IMG/VR virus record: IMGVR_UViG_3300049060_000085
Span: 10,771-74,770 of that record
DNA length: 64,000 nucleotides
Origin: a virus
Strand: one strand, 5' to 3'
The position numbers and the translations under genes are program-made. The notes beneath the pieces are model-generated. The model was not told where the DNA came from and made no database searches. It worked only from the letters and a program-made list of their open reading frames with translations. Each line of letters begins with the position of its first letter. The first letter of the stretch is position 1. Positions 1 to 8,070 of the stretch are shown here, piece after piece.

Positions 1-57
1 CACGCGCTTGACGCCAAGATGCAGCGGTGGATACGTGCCTTCTTTCGCGTGCATCAT
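1..57 (-). CDS. hypothetical protein, 5' part (runs off window start)
   Basis: ATG overlaps the TGA of the 54-401 ORF (ATGA); 19 open codons MMHAKEGTYPPLHLGVKRV. Confidence 0.4.
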   Translation of the reverse strand, partial: MMHAKEGTYPPLHLGVKRV

Positions 58-401
58 TCACCTTCCTTGGGGCCCAACCACTTGCCGGTAGCGAGGTAAT
101 CGATCAACGGCTGCTGCAAATGCTTTGGCAACAGCGAGATGTGGAACGCCATGCCATCGGCCATATCCTTGATCTTGGTTTCCATCGCCTGAGCGTAAGC
201 ACCCTTGGCACTGTCTTCATTCAACAGCCGGCAGATGCGCGCGGCCATGTCCTTGTTGAACGCAATAGCGATGTAATGCGGCCTCGCCGTGGTCCTGTGA
301 CGTAGCATCGTAAGGCGGTCGGACTCGGAGATCACGCGCCATGGACCCGGAGCATGCGGATTCAGACCGTCGTCATTTTCGATGTAAAAACGTTCAATCA
401 T
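54..401 (-). CDS. hypothetical protein
   Basis: ATGA coupling to upstream gene; start trimmed to MIERFY. Confidence 0.7.
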   Translation of the reverse strand: MIERFYIENDDGLNPHAPGPWRVISESDRLTMLRHRTTARPHYIAIAFNKDMAARICRLLNEDSAKGAYAQAMETKIKDMADGMAFHISLLPKHLQQPLIDYLATGKWLGPKEGE

Positions 402-877
402 CGGCCGCTGCAGCAGACGTTTTGGATTGCGGCACCCGCGATGAACATCGTGATGCCCCAAAAGATCGGGCTCTTGTACCAGCGCGGGTAAGACGCGAGC
501 TCGGCGCGCGCTTCACGCGCATCCTTGTTCGCGAGCGTGAGCTGCGCCTGAAGGTTGTGCATGGCGTCGTCGCGCAGCGTGACCGCATTGCGAAGCTCTT
601 TGTTTTCTTTCTTCCACAGGGTGATCAGCCTCGAATACTCGTCGACCTGAAGTGTGAGCTGCTCGTTGAGCAGTTTTGCGCGGATGATGCGGTCCGAGTT
701 CTCCATGTCGAACCACGTACCGCGCTGACCGAGCACCATCACGTCGCGTACACAAGTTGCGTCTGTGACGCCGGACGCAGTCAACGATGTGATCGTTGGG
801 CACTCGGCCAGCGCGTAGCGCGGTGCCGCCAGCTCAACGGCGAGCAGCACGCAGAGCAAGCTCAGCATTCTCGTCAT
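398..877 (-). CDS. exported coiled-coil protein with C-terminal TM helix (spanin-like candidate)
   Basis: signal peptide MTRMLSLLCVLLAVELAAPRYALA, heptad region, C-terminal PIFWGITMFIAGAAI. Confidence 0.7.
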   Translation of the reverse strand: MTRMLSLLCVLLAVELAAPRYALAECPTITSLTASGVTDATCVRDVMVLGQRGTWFDMENSDRIIRAKLLNEQLTLQVDEYSRLITLWKKENKELRNAVTLRDDAMHNLQAQLTLANKDAREARAELASYPRWYKSPIFWGITMFIAGAAIQNVCCSGR

Positions 878-1055
878 CGTTGTCTTCTTGCTCTGCCAGT
901 TCCGCGTTGCCGAAGTACATGCAGGCCCAGAAGACGTCGCTTTCGCGTTGCCACAGCGGCCCGTGGTACTCTTGCATCCGGTGGTCCGGCCAAAATTCGT
1001 CGAGTTGGTCATCGGTCGTAAACTCCAGAAACGAGAAGTGAGCCTTATTGAACAC
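834..1055 (-). CDS. small acidic hypothetical protein
   Basis: fills gap between two membrane genes; 3' end overlaps the next gene by about 40 nt. Confidence 0.55.
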   Translation of the reverse strand: MFNKAHFSFLEFTTDDQLDEFWPDHRMQEYHGPLWQRESDVFWACMYFGNAELAEQEDNDDENAELALRAARR

Positions 1056-1058
1056 CGG

Positions 1059-1376
1059 TCAGAAGCCAGCATCACGAAAAGCAGCAACGGCTTCGCTCTC
1101 GGTCATCTCCGAAAGGGGTTTTCCGGCCAGGATGCCCGCGACGCGCGCTTTGGACTCGGTGATGATGGCTTCGAGCGGCTCGCGTTGATGCACCGCGATC
1201 TCAGCTTTCACGAGCATATCCGCGACGGTCGCCTCGTCTTTGGCGATTTGCTGCTTGAGGCGTTGCGCTTCGAGCGCGTCTTCGATCGACTCGACCTTGT
1301 TCTTCTTCGACCAGAGAATATAGAGCGCACCGACGAACGTGCCGATGCCGAGAAGCCAACCAAAGACCTTACTCAT
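1059..1376 (-). CDS. N-terminal TM + coiled-coil protein (i-spanin/Rz-like candidate)
   Basis: MSKVFGWLLGIGTFVGALYILWSKK followed by helical heptads. Confidence 0.7.
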   Translation of the reverse strand: MSKVFGWLLGIGTFVGALYILWSKKNKVESIEDALEAQRLKQQIAKDEATVADMLVKAEIAVHQREPLEAIITESKARVAGILAGKPLSEMTESEAVAAFRDAGF

Positions 1377-1614
1377 GACCGTCGCCTCCGCGACATGCCC
1401 AAGACCAAAGCCTTTGCTTTTCGAGCTCGGTAACGTCTTGGTGCGGATAGCGCGCGTGGTCGTAGCGATCGCTCGGGAAGCGGTTGCGCTTACTTTCCAT
1501 GAACTCGATCTTGGAGAGCTTGCTGGCGAGTGCAGCTCGTAGCTGCCGACCATGGCTCTCGGGGCTGAAGGGGTTGAGCTTGTTGGTGATGATCGCGTGG
1601 GCTGTCGTTTTCAT
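1369..1614 (-). CDS. hypothetical protein
   Basis: coupled ORF in - strand run. Confidence 0.6.
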   Translation of the reverse strand: MKTTAHAIITNKLNPFSPESHGRQLRAALASKLSKIEFMESKRNRFPSDRYDHARYPHQDVTELEKQRLWSWACRGGDGHE

Positions 1615-1799
1615 CTACACCTGCATAGGGCCTGGAGAACAACGCTGGCGCCGATGACCATCAGCACGAAGGCCAGCCCCGCGCCGAGCACGCCGAGCGT
1701 TTCGGCAAACGCTTTACTGAAGTCGGAAGGCTTCGCGTTCTTCTTGTCATCCGGTTTGGGCGCGTAGTGGATGTGCTGAACGTCATGCCGGTTGGCCAT
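1611..1799 (-). CDS. small membrane protein
   Basis: C-terminal TM LGVLGAGLAFVLMVIGASVVL. Confidence 0.6.
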   Translation of the reverse strand: MANRHDVQHIHYAPKPDDKKNAKPSDFSKAFAETLGVLGAGLAFVLMVIGASVVLQALCRCR

Positions 1800-1863
1800 C
1801 GTGGCTAATTTTGCCGGAGCCAGAGCTGGTCGTCTAGCTACACGCAGTCCCCTTCCCCATCTT

Positions 1864-2082
1864 TCAGGGGTCGCCGGTAGCGGCGTGTGATGAGCCGGCG
1901 GCAGGCGAGGCAAAACCACCAGTGGAGCCCGCATCGAACAATCTCTGGAGCTCCACAGGTTTTGCAGGTGATGTCGTCGGTCTTGGGGGAGGTAAGCAAA
2001 ACACTGCTCCGCAGATGGCAAACAGGAAAACCGTGAGCCAGAACGTTGTCCGGCCGTTAGAGCGTCTGACCCGTCTAGCCAC
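1864..2082 (-). CDS. small membrane protein
   Basis: basic N-terminus + TM FWLTVFLFAICGAVFCL. Confidence 0.55.
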   Translation of the reverse strand: MARRVRRSNGRTTFWLTVFLFAICGAVFCLPPPRPTTSPAKPVELQRLFDAGSTGGFASPAAGSSHAATGDP

Positions 2083-2452
2083 CGGACGGCTCGTTCTCTT
2101 CGAGCCACTGGGCGTACCCGGCTTCGGCGCTGAGCCGTTCGGGCAGTTTGATCTTAGGCGCTGCGTTCCACTCGTTGAACTCGCAGATTTGCGAGCTGCT
2201 GCCCTTGGACGGGCGTTTTGCGAACGCGCCGGGGTTCAGGCAGATGGCGCGGATGCGATCCATGTTCACTGCGAACGCGCCGAGCTCGCTCTTCGCGCTT
2301 ACGTACACCGCGAGTCGAATCGGGTCGACGTAGTCCCACTGGCGTATCTCAGCGATCTTCTCCTCATCGCTCAGGTGCGGCAGGTTTGCTTTTGCCTGAC
2401 ACTGCATTTCGATGAAGCGTTTACCCGCTTCGCGTAGCTCGTCGTCGGTCAT
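2075..2452 (-). CDS. hypothetical protein
   Basis: start trimmed to MTDDELREA; ATGA coupling. Confidence 0.7.
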   Translation of the reverse strand: MTDDELREAGKRFIEMQCQAKANLPHLSDEEKIAEIRQWDYVDPIRLAVYVSAKSELGAFAVNMDRIRAICLNPGAFAKRPSKGSSSQICEFNEWNAAPKIKLPERLSAEAGYAQWLEENEPSGG

Positions 2453-2640
2453 GGCGCTACGGCTTTCGGGACGCCCTGCTGGATGAAGTTGGTGAGCTGC
2501 GCGTGAAGCTCTCGCAGCTCCACGGATGACATGTCGATGTACTGACGCGTTTGCGGAAACAGCACAAGAGCTCGCGCGCCGCCCTCGAACCAACAGAATT
2601 GAGCAGTGAGGGTTACTGACTGTGGGGTTAGGCCAGCCAT
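2449..2640 (-). CDS. hypothetical protein
   Basis: MAGLTPQ..., first gene of - strand run. Confidence 0.6.
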   Translation of the reverse strand: MAGLTPQSVTLTAQFCWFEGGARALVLFPQTRQYIDMSSVELRELHAQLTNFIQQGVPKAVAP

Positions 2641-2683
2641 GCGCCCGGAATAGCACGTCAATTGTGGAAGTCCAGGAGAAGCG

Positions 2684-2692
2684 TGCTAATCT
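2684..2692 (+). promoter_or_regulatory. extended -10 promoter (TGC-TAATCT), predicted leaderless transcript
   Basis: TGnTAnnnT 6 nt before ATG 2699; AGCACG/CGTGCT inverted repeat at 2652-2687. Confidence 0.5.
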
Positions 2693-2698
2693 TGCTGC

Positions 2699-2929
2699 AT
2701 GCCCAGGCCCGACTTCCGAAAAGATCAGTACACGAGCACCGAGGTCGCCGCGTTTCTCCAGGTGGACCCGAAGTCGGTTCACAACTGGGTGGAAAAGGGT
2801 CATCTGGACGGTTTTCGCACGCCAGGAAACCACCTTCGCTTCAGACGCGATCAAATCGTCGCGTTCATGAGGCGAAACAAGTACCCGATTCCCAAAGAAC
2901 TGGAGCAGCCGTCAGCTGCGGTGCCGTGA
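2699..2929 (+). CDS. HTH_17 / excisionase-MerR-like DNA-binding protein
   Basis: YTSTEVAAFLQVDPKSVHNWVEKGHL..FRTPGNHLRFRRDQIVAFM. Confidence 0.85.
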   Translation: MPRPDFRKDQYTSTEVAAFLQVDPKSVHNWVEKGHLDGFRTPGNHLRFRRDQIVAFMRRNKYPIPKELEQPSAAVP

Positions 2930-3108
2930 GCCGGTCGAAGAATAGCCGCCGTGGGCGGCACTACTACCAGTGGACGCGAGCACTTACCGCGAGCGATCGG
3001 CGCATCGAGCACAAGAGGCGACGCGCGAAGCTCAAGCGTCAGGTTCTTGGGGAAGAGACGAAGACGGAGCGGGTTCACGAGCGCTGGGACAAGTGGAACT
3101 GGGACTAG
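2926..3108 (+). CDS. small basic hypothetical protein
   Basis: GTGA overlap with HTH_17 stop. Confidence 0.4.
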   Translation: MSRSKNSRRGRHYYQWTRALTASDRRIEHKRRRAKLKRQVLGEETKTERVHERWDKWNWD

Positions 3109-3422
3109 CCGCTATCGCGCATTCGTCGGGCCACTTAGAGCACGCATACACACGCGCGACCCATCGACCTCGACCGCTTTCGTTGATCACCTTCTTGGGC
3201 AAACCGCAGATTGGGCAGGTGGGCGATGTGGGCTGGCCGGGTTCGCTTGGTGTGCTTCTCATAAACCAAGGCCCCGAAGGGGTTTTGTCAGTTCCTCCGG
3301 GGCCGGGTGCGACGATTGGCAGCGTCGTATGCCGAGCGTAGCACGGTTGCGTGGAGCCTAGCAGCTGTGCACGGCTGCTAGGCTCGGACCGTCCAACGCA
3401 CGGCCCGGCATCCATAGCACAG

Positions 3423-3674
3423 TCACCCGGTGCCGCTGCCGTACTTCGGAGGCACGGTGGTCTGCCAGTCGGGGTGCACCTGCGCCGTTAGCTGCCCGAG
3501 CACGGCGCGGGCGTTGTCCTGCTTCCGTTCGAAGTCCTTGCGGTAGAGCTCGACCAGCGCGCGCAGCACGCGTCCGCGGTCTTCAGGCGGCAGAACCTCG
3601 AGCTCGACGGCGCAGCACGAGAACGCATCAACGATTGGATACTTCGGAGGTTGGGGAGCGGGGTTGTCTGACAT
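3423..3674 (-). CDS. hypothetical protein
   Basis: 83-aa ORF divergent from PadR-like gene. Confidence 0.6.
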   Translation of the reverse strand: MSDNPAPQPPKYPIVDAFSCCAVELEVLPPEDRGRVLRALVELYRKDFERKQDNARAVLGQLTAQVHPDWQTTVPPKYGSGTG

Positions 3675-3718
3675 ACACTGCTAGGTGTTAGGTACCACAA
3701 GTCGCAAAACCCCACGAC

Positions 3719-4021
3719 ATGTCCACCAAGAATCCACTGTCCATCAGCCCCATGGAGCACAGGATCCTCACCGAGCTTCAGCGTCTCGGCGAGGCCTACC
3801 CGATCGAGCTCCTCCGCAAGAGCAAGCAACCCCTCAACCGGCGCGGCCTCTACACGCAGCTCGAACGTCTGGAACGCAAAGGCTTCGTAACGCCTATCCG
3901 CAGGCGAAACGCCGATGCCGTCCACTACCCCTGGAGCCGAACCTTCTACCGCGTGTCCGAGCAAGGCAAGCGCATGCTCGAGGCCTGGAACACCGCGGCC
4001 GCGCTCGTCCAAAGCGCGTAG
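3719..4021 (+). CDS. PadR-like winged-helix regulator
   Basis: EHRILTELQ..GEAYPIEL..RGLYTQLERLERKGFV..SRTFYRVSEQGKRML. Confidence 0.8.
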   Translation: MSTKNPLSISPMEHRILTELQRLGEAYPIELLRKSKQPLNRRGLYTQLERLERKGFVTPIRRRNADAVHYPWSRTFYRVSEQGKRMLEAWNTAAALVQSA

Positions 4022-4037
4022 CGTGACAAAACTCCTC

Positions 4038-4259
4038 ATGCCCGAGCACATGCGCGAGAAGTTCCTGGAAGACTACGAGTTCGATCTGTGGGGAGAGCAA
4101 CACGGGCAGTGCCTGCCTCTGTGCACAGGATGCCTCCGCACAACCCCGTGGCGAATCGGATATCTACCGATGACCTGCCACGACCTGCGGCACTACGGGC
4201 GGCTGCGCCACGGATACAAACGCAACTGGGGCCTAGAAGAGGCGAATTGGGTGTGTTAA
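4038..4259 (+). CDS. hypothetical Cys-containing protein
   Basis: follows PadR-like gene; CLPLCTGC. Confidence 0.5.
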   Translation: MPEHMREKFLEDYEFDLWGEQHGQCLPLCTGCLRTTPWRIGYLPMTCHDLRHYGRLRHGYKRNWGLEEANWVC

Positions 4260-4759
4260 ATTCGGGGGGACACTGACCCCGTTATGCCGTCCCTCGCTTC
4301 GCTGTTTGCGAGCTCGACAGAGTGACAAGGCCGGCAAGCTCAGGTGGACCTACAGCGACCACCGCCGCGGATACCAACCTCCACGCGGCGTGATTACCCG
4401 GCGCAGATGGACGCCCCACAAAAGGGCCAGGGCTGCGACCTCAGGAAGGACCCACGGACGGTGACCCCTAGGCACCAACCACCGGGCTCCTGATACCGGC
4501 AGGCGTGAGCGAGACGGTGTACCCAACTGGGAACCTAAGCCCGAGAGGCGCTATAGGGTTAAGTCGTCGCGTCCTACGCTCCGCTGGGACGCTCCGCCTT
4601 TGCACCGAAGAGGCTTTGGAAGGAGAAGGCGCGTCAGCGCCTCTCTTCTCTCTCGCTCCGCAGCTCCGGGCTATCGCCGTCGCACCTCAGTGACTTGTTG
4701 CACGTGAAACATTGCTCACGTTTCAACCTGTGAGGTGAGTTGTAAGGTTTTTGGGGCCC

Positions 4760-4891
4760 CTACTCGCTGTCGATCCCGGCGTCTTCGTCCATGGGGTACA
4801 CCACCACCTGCCCCGCCCTCGGCAGGTAGCAGTACTCGGTGTACGGGTTGCAGCTGCCGATCAACAGCACGAGTAGGACTACGGCTCGCAT
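4760..4891 (-). CDS. 43-aa putative lipoprotein (below ORF-track cutoff)
   Basis: MRAVVLLVLLIGS-C lipobox-like, then NPYTEYCYLPRAGQVVVYPMDEDAGIDSE. Confidence 0.55.
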   Translation of the reverse strand: MRAVVLLVLLIGSCNPYTEYCYLPRAGQVVVYPMDEDAGIDSE

Positions 4892-5045
4892 GACGGGAGC
4901 CTAGCAGAGGCGGGGATACGGAGAGGTACAAACAACTAGTGTACCTTCATGGCCCCACGCCCTGCGCTGATGGGACCCGCGGGAAACCAAGGGGTGGCGT
5001 ACGGGTAGGCGGTAGTGCGTTCAGCCGCTGTTGGCTGCAGCGTCG

Positions 5046-5112
5046 CGACTCGCTTCACGCGTGCGCGCGAGTCGTCTCTATACTGTAAGCGTAGCGTAAG
5101 CGCAAGCAGTAT
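5046..5112. repeat. two adjacent inverted repeats with internal TAAGCG-type direct repeats
   Basis: CGACTCGC(5046-53)/GCGAGTCG(5067-74); ATACTG(5080-85)/CAGTAT(5107-12) enclosing taagcg-tagcg-taagcg-caag. Confidence 0.6.
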
Positions 5113-5115
5113 CGA

Positions 5116-5607
5116 CTACTCGTTACCGTCGCCATCAGCTGCATCGCTGTGCGTCGTGTCGTTCTGTGCGGGTATCGCCTGCTCTACGATGCGCGGCCTA
5201 CCCTGCTTCGCCGCGAGTCGCTGTGCGAGCGTGGCCCCTAAGCTCTGCGCTTGGATGCGTTGCACGATGTCGCGTGCTGCCTTGCCCTGCGCATTCGGCG
5301 CGATGCCCATTGCAGTCTCTATCACCCACTGCGCGAGCTGTGCCTGTGTCTTGGCGTGTGCCGCAGCCGCGTTCATCGCTCCTGCGGTCTCTCCGGCTAT
5401 CTCAGTCGTAAGTATCTGCTTGATACAAGCTGCCGCACTCTCCAGCGAATCAACCACAATCGCCTCCGCCTTGCCTTTGGGCGTGAGCAACTCTTCCTTT
5501 GTTTTCAGCAACTTGGCGCCATCCGCATGACGCTCCAAAGCTAACGCGAGCACACGCTCACTTGCATCCACCGCATCTTTTTTTTCACCGCTGTTCTCGC
5601 TTGACAT
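5116..5607 (-). CDS. helical hypothetical protein; weak terminase small subunit candidate
   Basis: 163 aa, all-helical, AQWVIETAMG resembles TerS helix motifs; the ORF is well supported, the function is weak. Confidence 0.6.
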   Translation of the reverse strand: MSSENSGEKKDAVDASERVLALALERHADGAKLLKTKEELLTPKGKAEAIVVDSLESAAACIKQILTTEIAGETAGAMNAAAAHAKTQAQLAQWVIETAMGIAPNAQGKAARDIVQRIQAQSLGATLAQRLAAKQGRPRIVEQAIPAQNDTTHSDAADGDGNE

Positions 5608-5613
5608 TTCGAT

Positions 5614-5642
5614 AACTTAGCACCGCTTTGCCACCGTGTGAA
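5614..5642 (-). promoter_or_regulatory. sigma70-type promoter TTCACA-N17-TAAGTT (with TG extension), leaderless
   Basis: -10 ends 6 nt before ATG 5607. Confidence 0.6.
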
Positions 5643-5648
5643 CACAAC

Positions 5649-5682
5649 AAACCAAACAATGACCCCTTGCGTTTGTTTGGTT
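5649..5682. promoter_or_regulatory. 10-bp perfect inverted repeat, putative operator
   Basis: AACCAAACAA-N14-TTGTTTGGTT between divergent promoters. Confidence 0.6.
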
Positions 5683-5695
5683 CTGCTTTCATAGT
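5667..5695 (+). promoter_or_regulatory. sigma70-type early promoter TTGCGT-N17-CATAGT
   Basis: consensus-like hexamers with 17-nt spacer at the head of the 10-kb + strand ORF train. Confidence 0.6.
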
Positions 5696-5793
5696 TCTCT
5701 CAGTGGTTGGGCAGCGCAGCGGGACAGAGCAGCGATAACCCCCTCGCTGCGCCGCTCAATCACTCACTCCCAACCTGCGACTTGGAGGCATAC

Positions 5794-6072
5794 ATGACCA
5801 TTCTCCTCACTGAGGGGCGCACGTTTCGCGGCGCCATCAAGCAACGTTTCCGGTTCTGCGACAACGGTCAACAGTACTACTTCACGCAGACCAAACGCGG
5901 CAAGACATCGGTCTATATCCGTATGCCGCCCAAGCTCAAGGCGGGCTACCAAGTCGAGCAGTGGCGCAAGCTCACAGACGCCACTGAGCAAGCGCAAGCC
6001 ATCTCCGACGTCGCGCGCATGTACAGCACGCAGCCGTGTTTTACGCAGTTCTTTCCCAAGCGGGAGGGTTGA
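5794..6072 (+). CDS. early hypothetical protein
   Basis: SD GGAGG before ATG 5794. Confidence 0.75.
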   Translation: MTILLTEGRTFRGAIKQRFRFCDNGQQYYFTQTKRGKTSVYIRMPPKLKAGYQVEQWRKLTDATEQAQAISDVARMYSTQPCFTQFFPKREG

Positions 6073-6075
6073 GCC

Positions 6076-6309
6076 ATGGCATCGATCATCGGGTACGAGT
6101 GGCCACAACCACATCAGTGTCTAGGTTCCGAATGCTTTTGCCAGCGCCAATGGCCAAACAACCCGAGACCTTTCTACGTCATGCGCTATGCGGACGACTT
6201 GCTGGAGTTTGACGCAACCACGCTCGCAAACGCGCGCTCATACATCGCGTCGTTCGGCTGCGAAAACCGCGTCTACATCTGGGACACGATTTCAGACAGA
6301 GTCATGTAG
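6076..6309 (+). CDS. early hypothetical protein
   Basis: GGAGG SD, 3-nt gap from upstream stop. Confidence 0.7.
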   Translation: MASIIGYEWPQPHQCLGSECFCQRQWPNNPRPFYVMRYADDLLEFDATTLANARSYIASFGCENRVYIWDTISDRVM

Positions 6310-6388
6310 CTGAGCTTTGGTGTGTGGCAGCTCTCGCGAGCTATCGCCACACACGAGCGCTCACGCTCGAAGCAAGGGGACTACCACT

Positions 6389-6637
6389 GTGCCGATCGTA
6401 ACGAACCCGAACACCGGGCTACCTGCGGATGCGCCCGAAGAGTCACGCGTCTATGTCTGCGTGCCAGCTCCTGGACACTACGGCGACAGAACGCGTGTTC
6501 TGGCCGTGTTCCAGCGACTGGAGCAAGCCCAAGCTTTTGCACGCCGCGGCGCAACCGCTGTCTACGAAGGCTTCGGCATTCGCAAGGGTGACGTGTTTTA
6601 CCGCGTCGACGCCCAGAGTAGGAAAAACCTCGCCTAA
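6389..6637 (+). CDS. early hypothetical protein
   Basis: GTG start after AAGGGG. Confidence 0.6.
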   Translation: MPIVTNPNTGLPADAPEESRVYVCVPAPGHYGDRTRVLAVFQRLEQAQAFARRGATAVYEGFGIRKGDVFYRVDAQSRKNLA

Positions 6638-6687
6638 CGAACCATTCAACGCTCTGCAGGGACGCAGAGCGGAAAGGACACTGCGAC

Positions 6688-7053
6688 ATGCCCATGGAAA
6701 AGCTACGCGTTACGTACGTGCATAAGGTCAGCAATCCGCGAGACCAAAACAACCGCATCCCACATGCTGTGATGCAGCTCGATCTCAAGGCGATTACAGA
6801 CGCCACGCGTTCGCAGGACCCGAAGCTGACAGCCAAGGTGTTACGCGACCTCGGTGTGCTTTGCAGCGGCGTACGCGTCCGAGAGCAACGCTACGATCGC
6901 GAGACGCACACGCTGCATGTGTTTCCGGTTTACCCCAAGCTCTCGACGTACTGGCACTGCGTCTCGATCGAACTGCGCCCTACGTGCGAACCGCTCACGG
7001 CTGACAAAGCCGCATCCATGGGTATCCGCCCATTCGCCAAGGAACAGGGCTGA
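6688..7053 (+). CDS. early hypothetical protein
   Basis: AAGGA SD; 121 aa. Confidence 0.7.
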   Translation: MPMEKLRVTYVHKVSNPRDQNNRIPHAVMQLDLKAITDATRSQDPKLTAKVLRDLGVLCSGVRVREQRYDRETHTLHVFPVYPKLSTYWHCVSIELRPTCEPLTADKAASMGIRPFAKEQG

Positions 7054-7056
7054 ACC

Positions 7057-7269
7057 ATGACCGAAACCGAACTGTGGAATCTGTGCCGCGCGAAGTGCCG
7101 CCAAGTGCGGCACATGTCCTCTAAACGCACAAGCGTAGTCGTGCTCTCGGATCGAGGCGTCGAGTACGCGAGCAAGACGACGCTCTACAAGCGAAACAAG
7201 ATCGAGGAAGAACTTTTTGTGTTCACCGAAGCGGGCGAAGCACTCGCAACGGACCGCTGCAATGGATGA
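7057..7269 (+). CDS. early hypothetical protein
   Basis: tight packing. Confidence 0.65.
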   Translation: MTETELWNLCRAKCRQVRHMSSKRTSVVVLSDRGVEYASKTTLYKRNKIEEELFVFTEAGEALATDRCNG

Positions 7270-7885
7270 CTGCACAACAAACCCGTGCAACCTGTGTAAG
7301 GAGCGGGCGAAGTACGCAAACATCTTTGTTGCCGTGGACAAGCGCGGTGGGTCGCGCGGTAAGAGCCGACCTAACTTCGTGTGCGGGCACTGCATCCCAA
7401 CACATCGCCCACGTATCGACGTGTCGCGCGACTGCGCCCAAGTCTGGGAAGCTGGCAGCACCGGCTGGACTGGACCAATCAGCTGCATGGATTGCGGCGA
7501 TGGAATCAGCGTAGAGATAATCAACCAACCGAAAGAACCTAGAGCCATGCCCAAAACCGCAATCGTTGACCAACACGCAGCAGACGAACTTGAGCTGTTC
7601 CTAGAGAACGATGAGCCCCTCTACAGGCAGACGCAGGAGTGTTACCGCAACCTGCTCCGCAAACAAAAGCGCGGCACCTACGATCGCGAGCGCGCTGTGA
7701 AGCTGTTTCAAACCGTAGCCGACGAGGCCGCTAGGAGGTACCAGCGCGAGTTTGGCTCCGGAGTTCGTGGCTATGGGCCGTTCGACAAGCCCACACGCAC
7801 CGCCGTAGCGGTCTCACTGCGCGACAGCTTCGAAGCGCAGGTAAAGAATGGCGAGCTGTCACACCTCACCGAGGCTAAGTCATGA
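7262..7885 (+). CDS. Cys-rich (three CxxC) N-terminal part in frame with a conserved phage helical domain (second start 7547)
   Basis: CNLC, CGHC, CMDC; then ADELELFLENDEPLY..YDRERAVKLF..AARRYQREFG. Confidence 0.7.
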   Translation: MDDCTTNPCNLCKERAKYANIFVAVDKRGGSRGKSRPNFVCGHCIPTHRPRIDVSRDCAQVWEAGSTGWTGPISCMDCGDGISVEIINQPKEPRAMPKTAIVDQHAADELELFLENDEPLYRQTQECYRNLLRKQKRGTYDRERAVKLFQTVADEAARRYQREFGSGVRGYGPFDKPTRTAVAVSLRDSFEAQVKNGELSHLTEAKS

Positions 7886-8070
7886 AACGACGAAGCGACG
7901 CGGATACCGCCGACATATTCCTCGCGTGGTTTACGAGTCCGATCGATGACAAGGGTACACCGTACCACCCCATACCAGAACGCTGTTGCTACCAAGGTTG
8001 CGCTGCGACGTGCGCCAAACCGCGGGACACCTACTGCACCAAACACGTTCCGACTAAAGGTCAGCCATGA
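7882..8070 (+). CDS. small Cys-rich hypothetical protein
   Basis: ATGA coupling; CCYQGCAATC..YCTKH. Confidence 0.6.
   Translation: MKRRSDADTADIFLAWFTSPIDDKGTPYHPIPERCCYQGCAATCAKPRDTYCTKHVPTKGQP

Noticed and set aside
2699-2929. Excisionase implying an integrated prophage
   Set aside because: No integrase, att-like repeat or host flank in the window
5601-5606. Perfect TTGACA as a + strand -35
   Set aside because: It is the reverse complement of the 5607 start codons (ATG TCA A) and has no -10 at 16-18 nt
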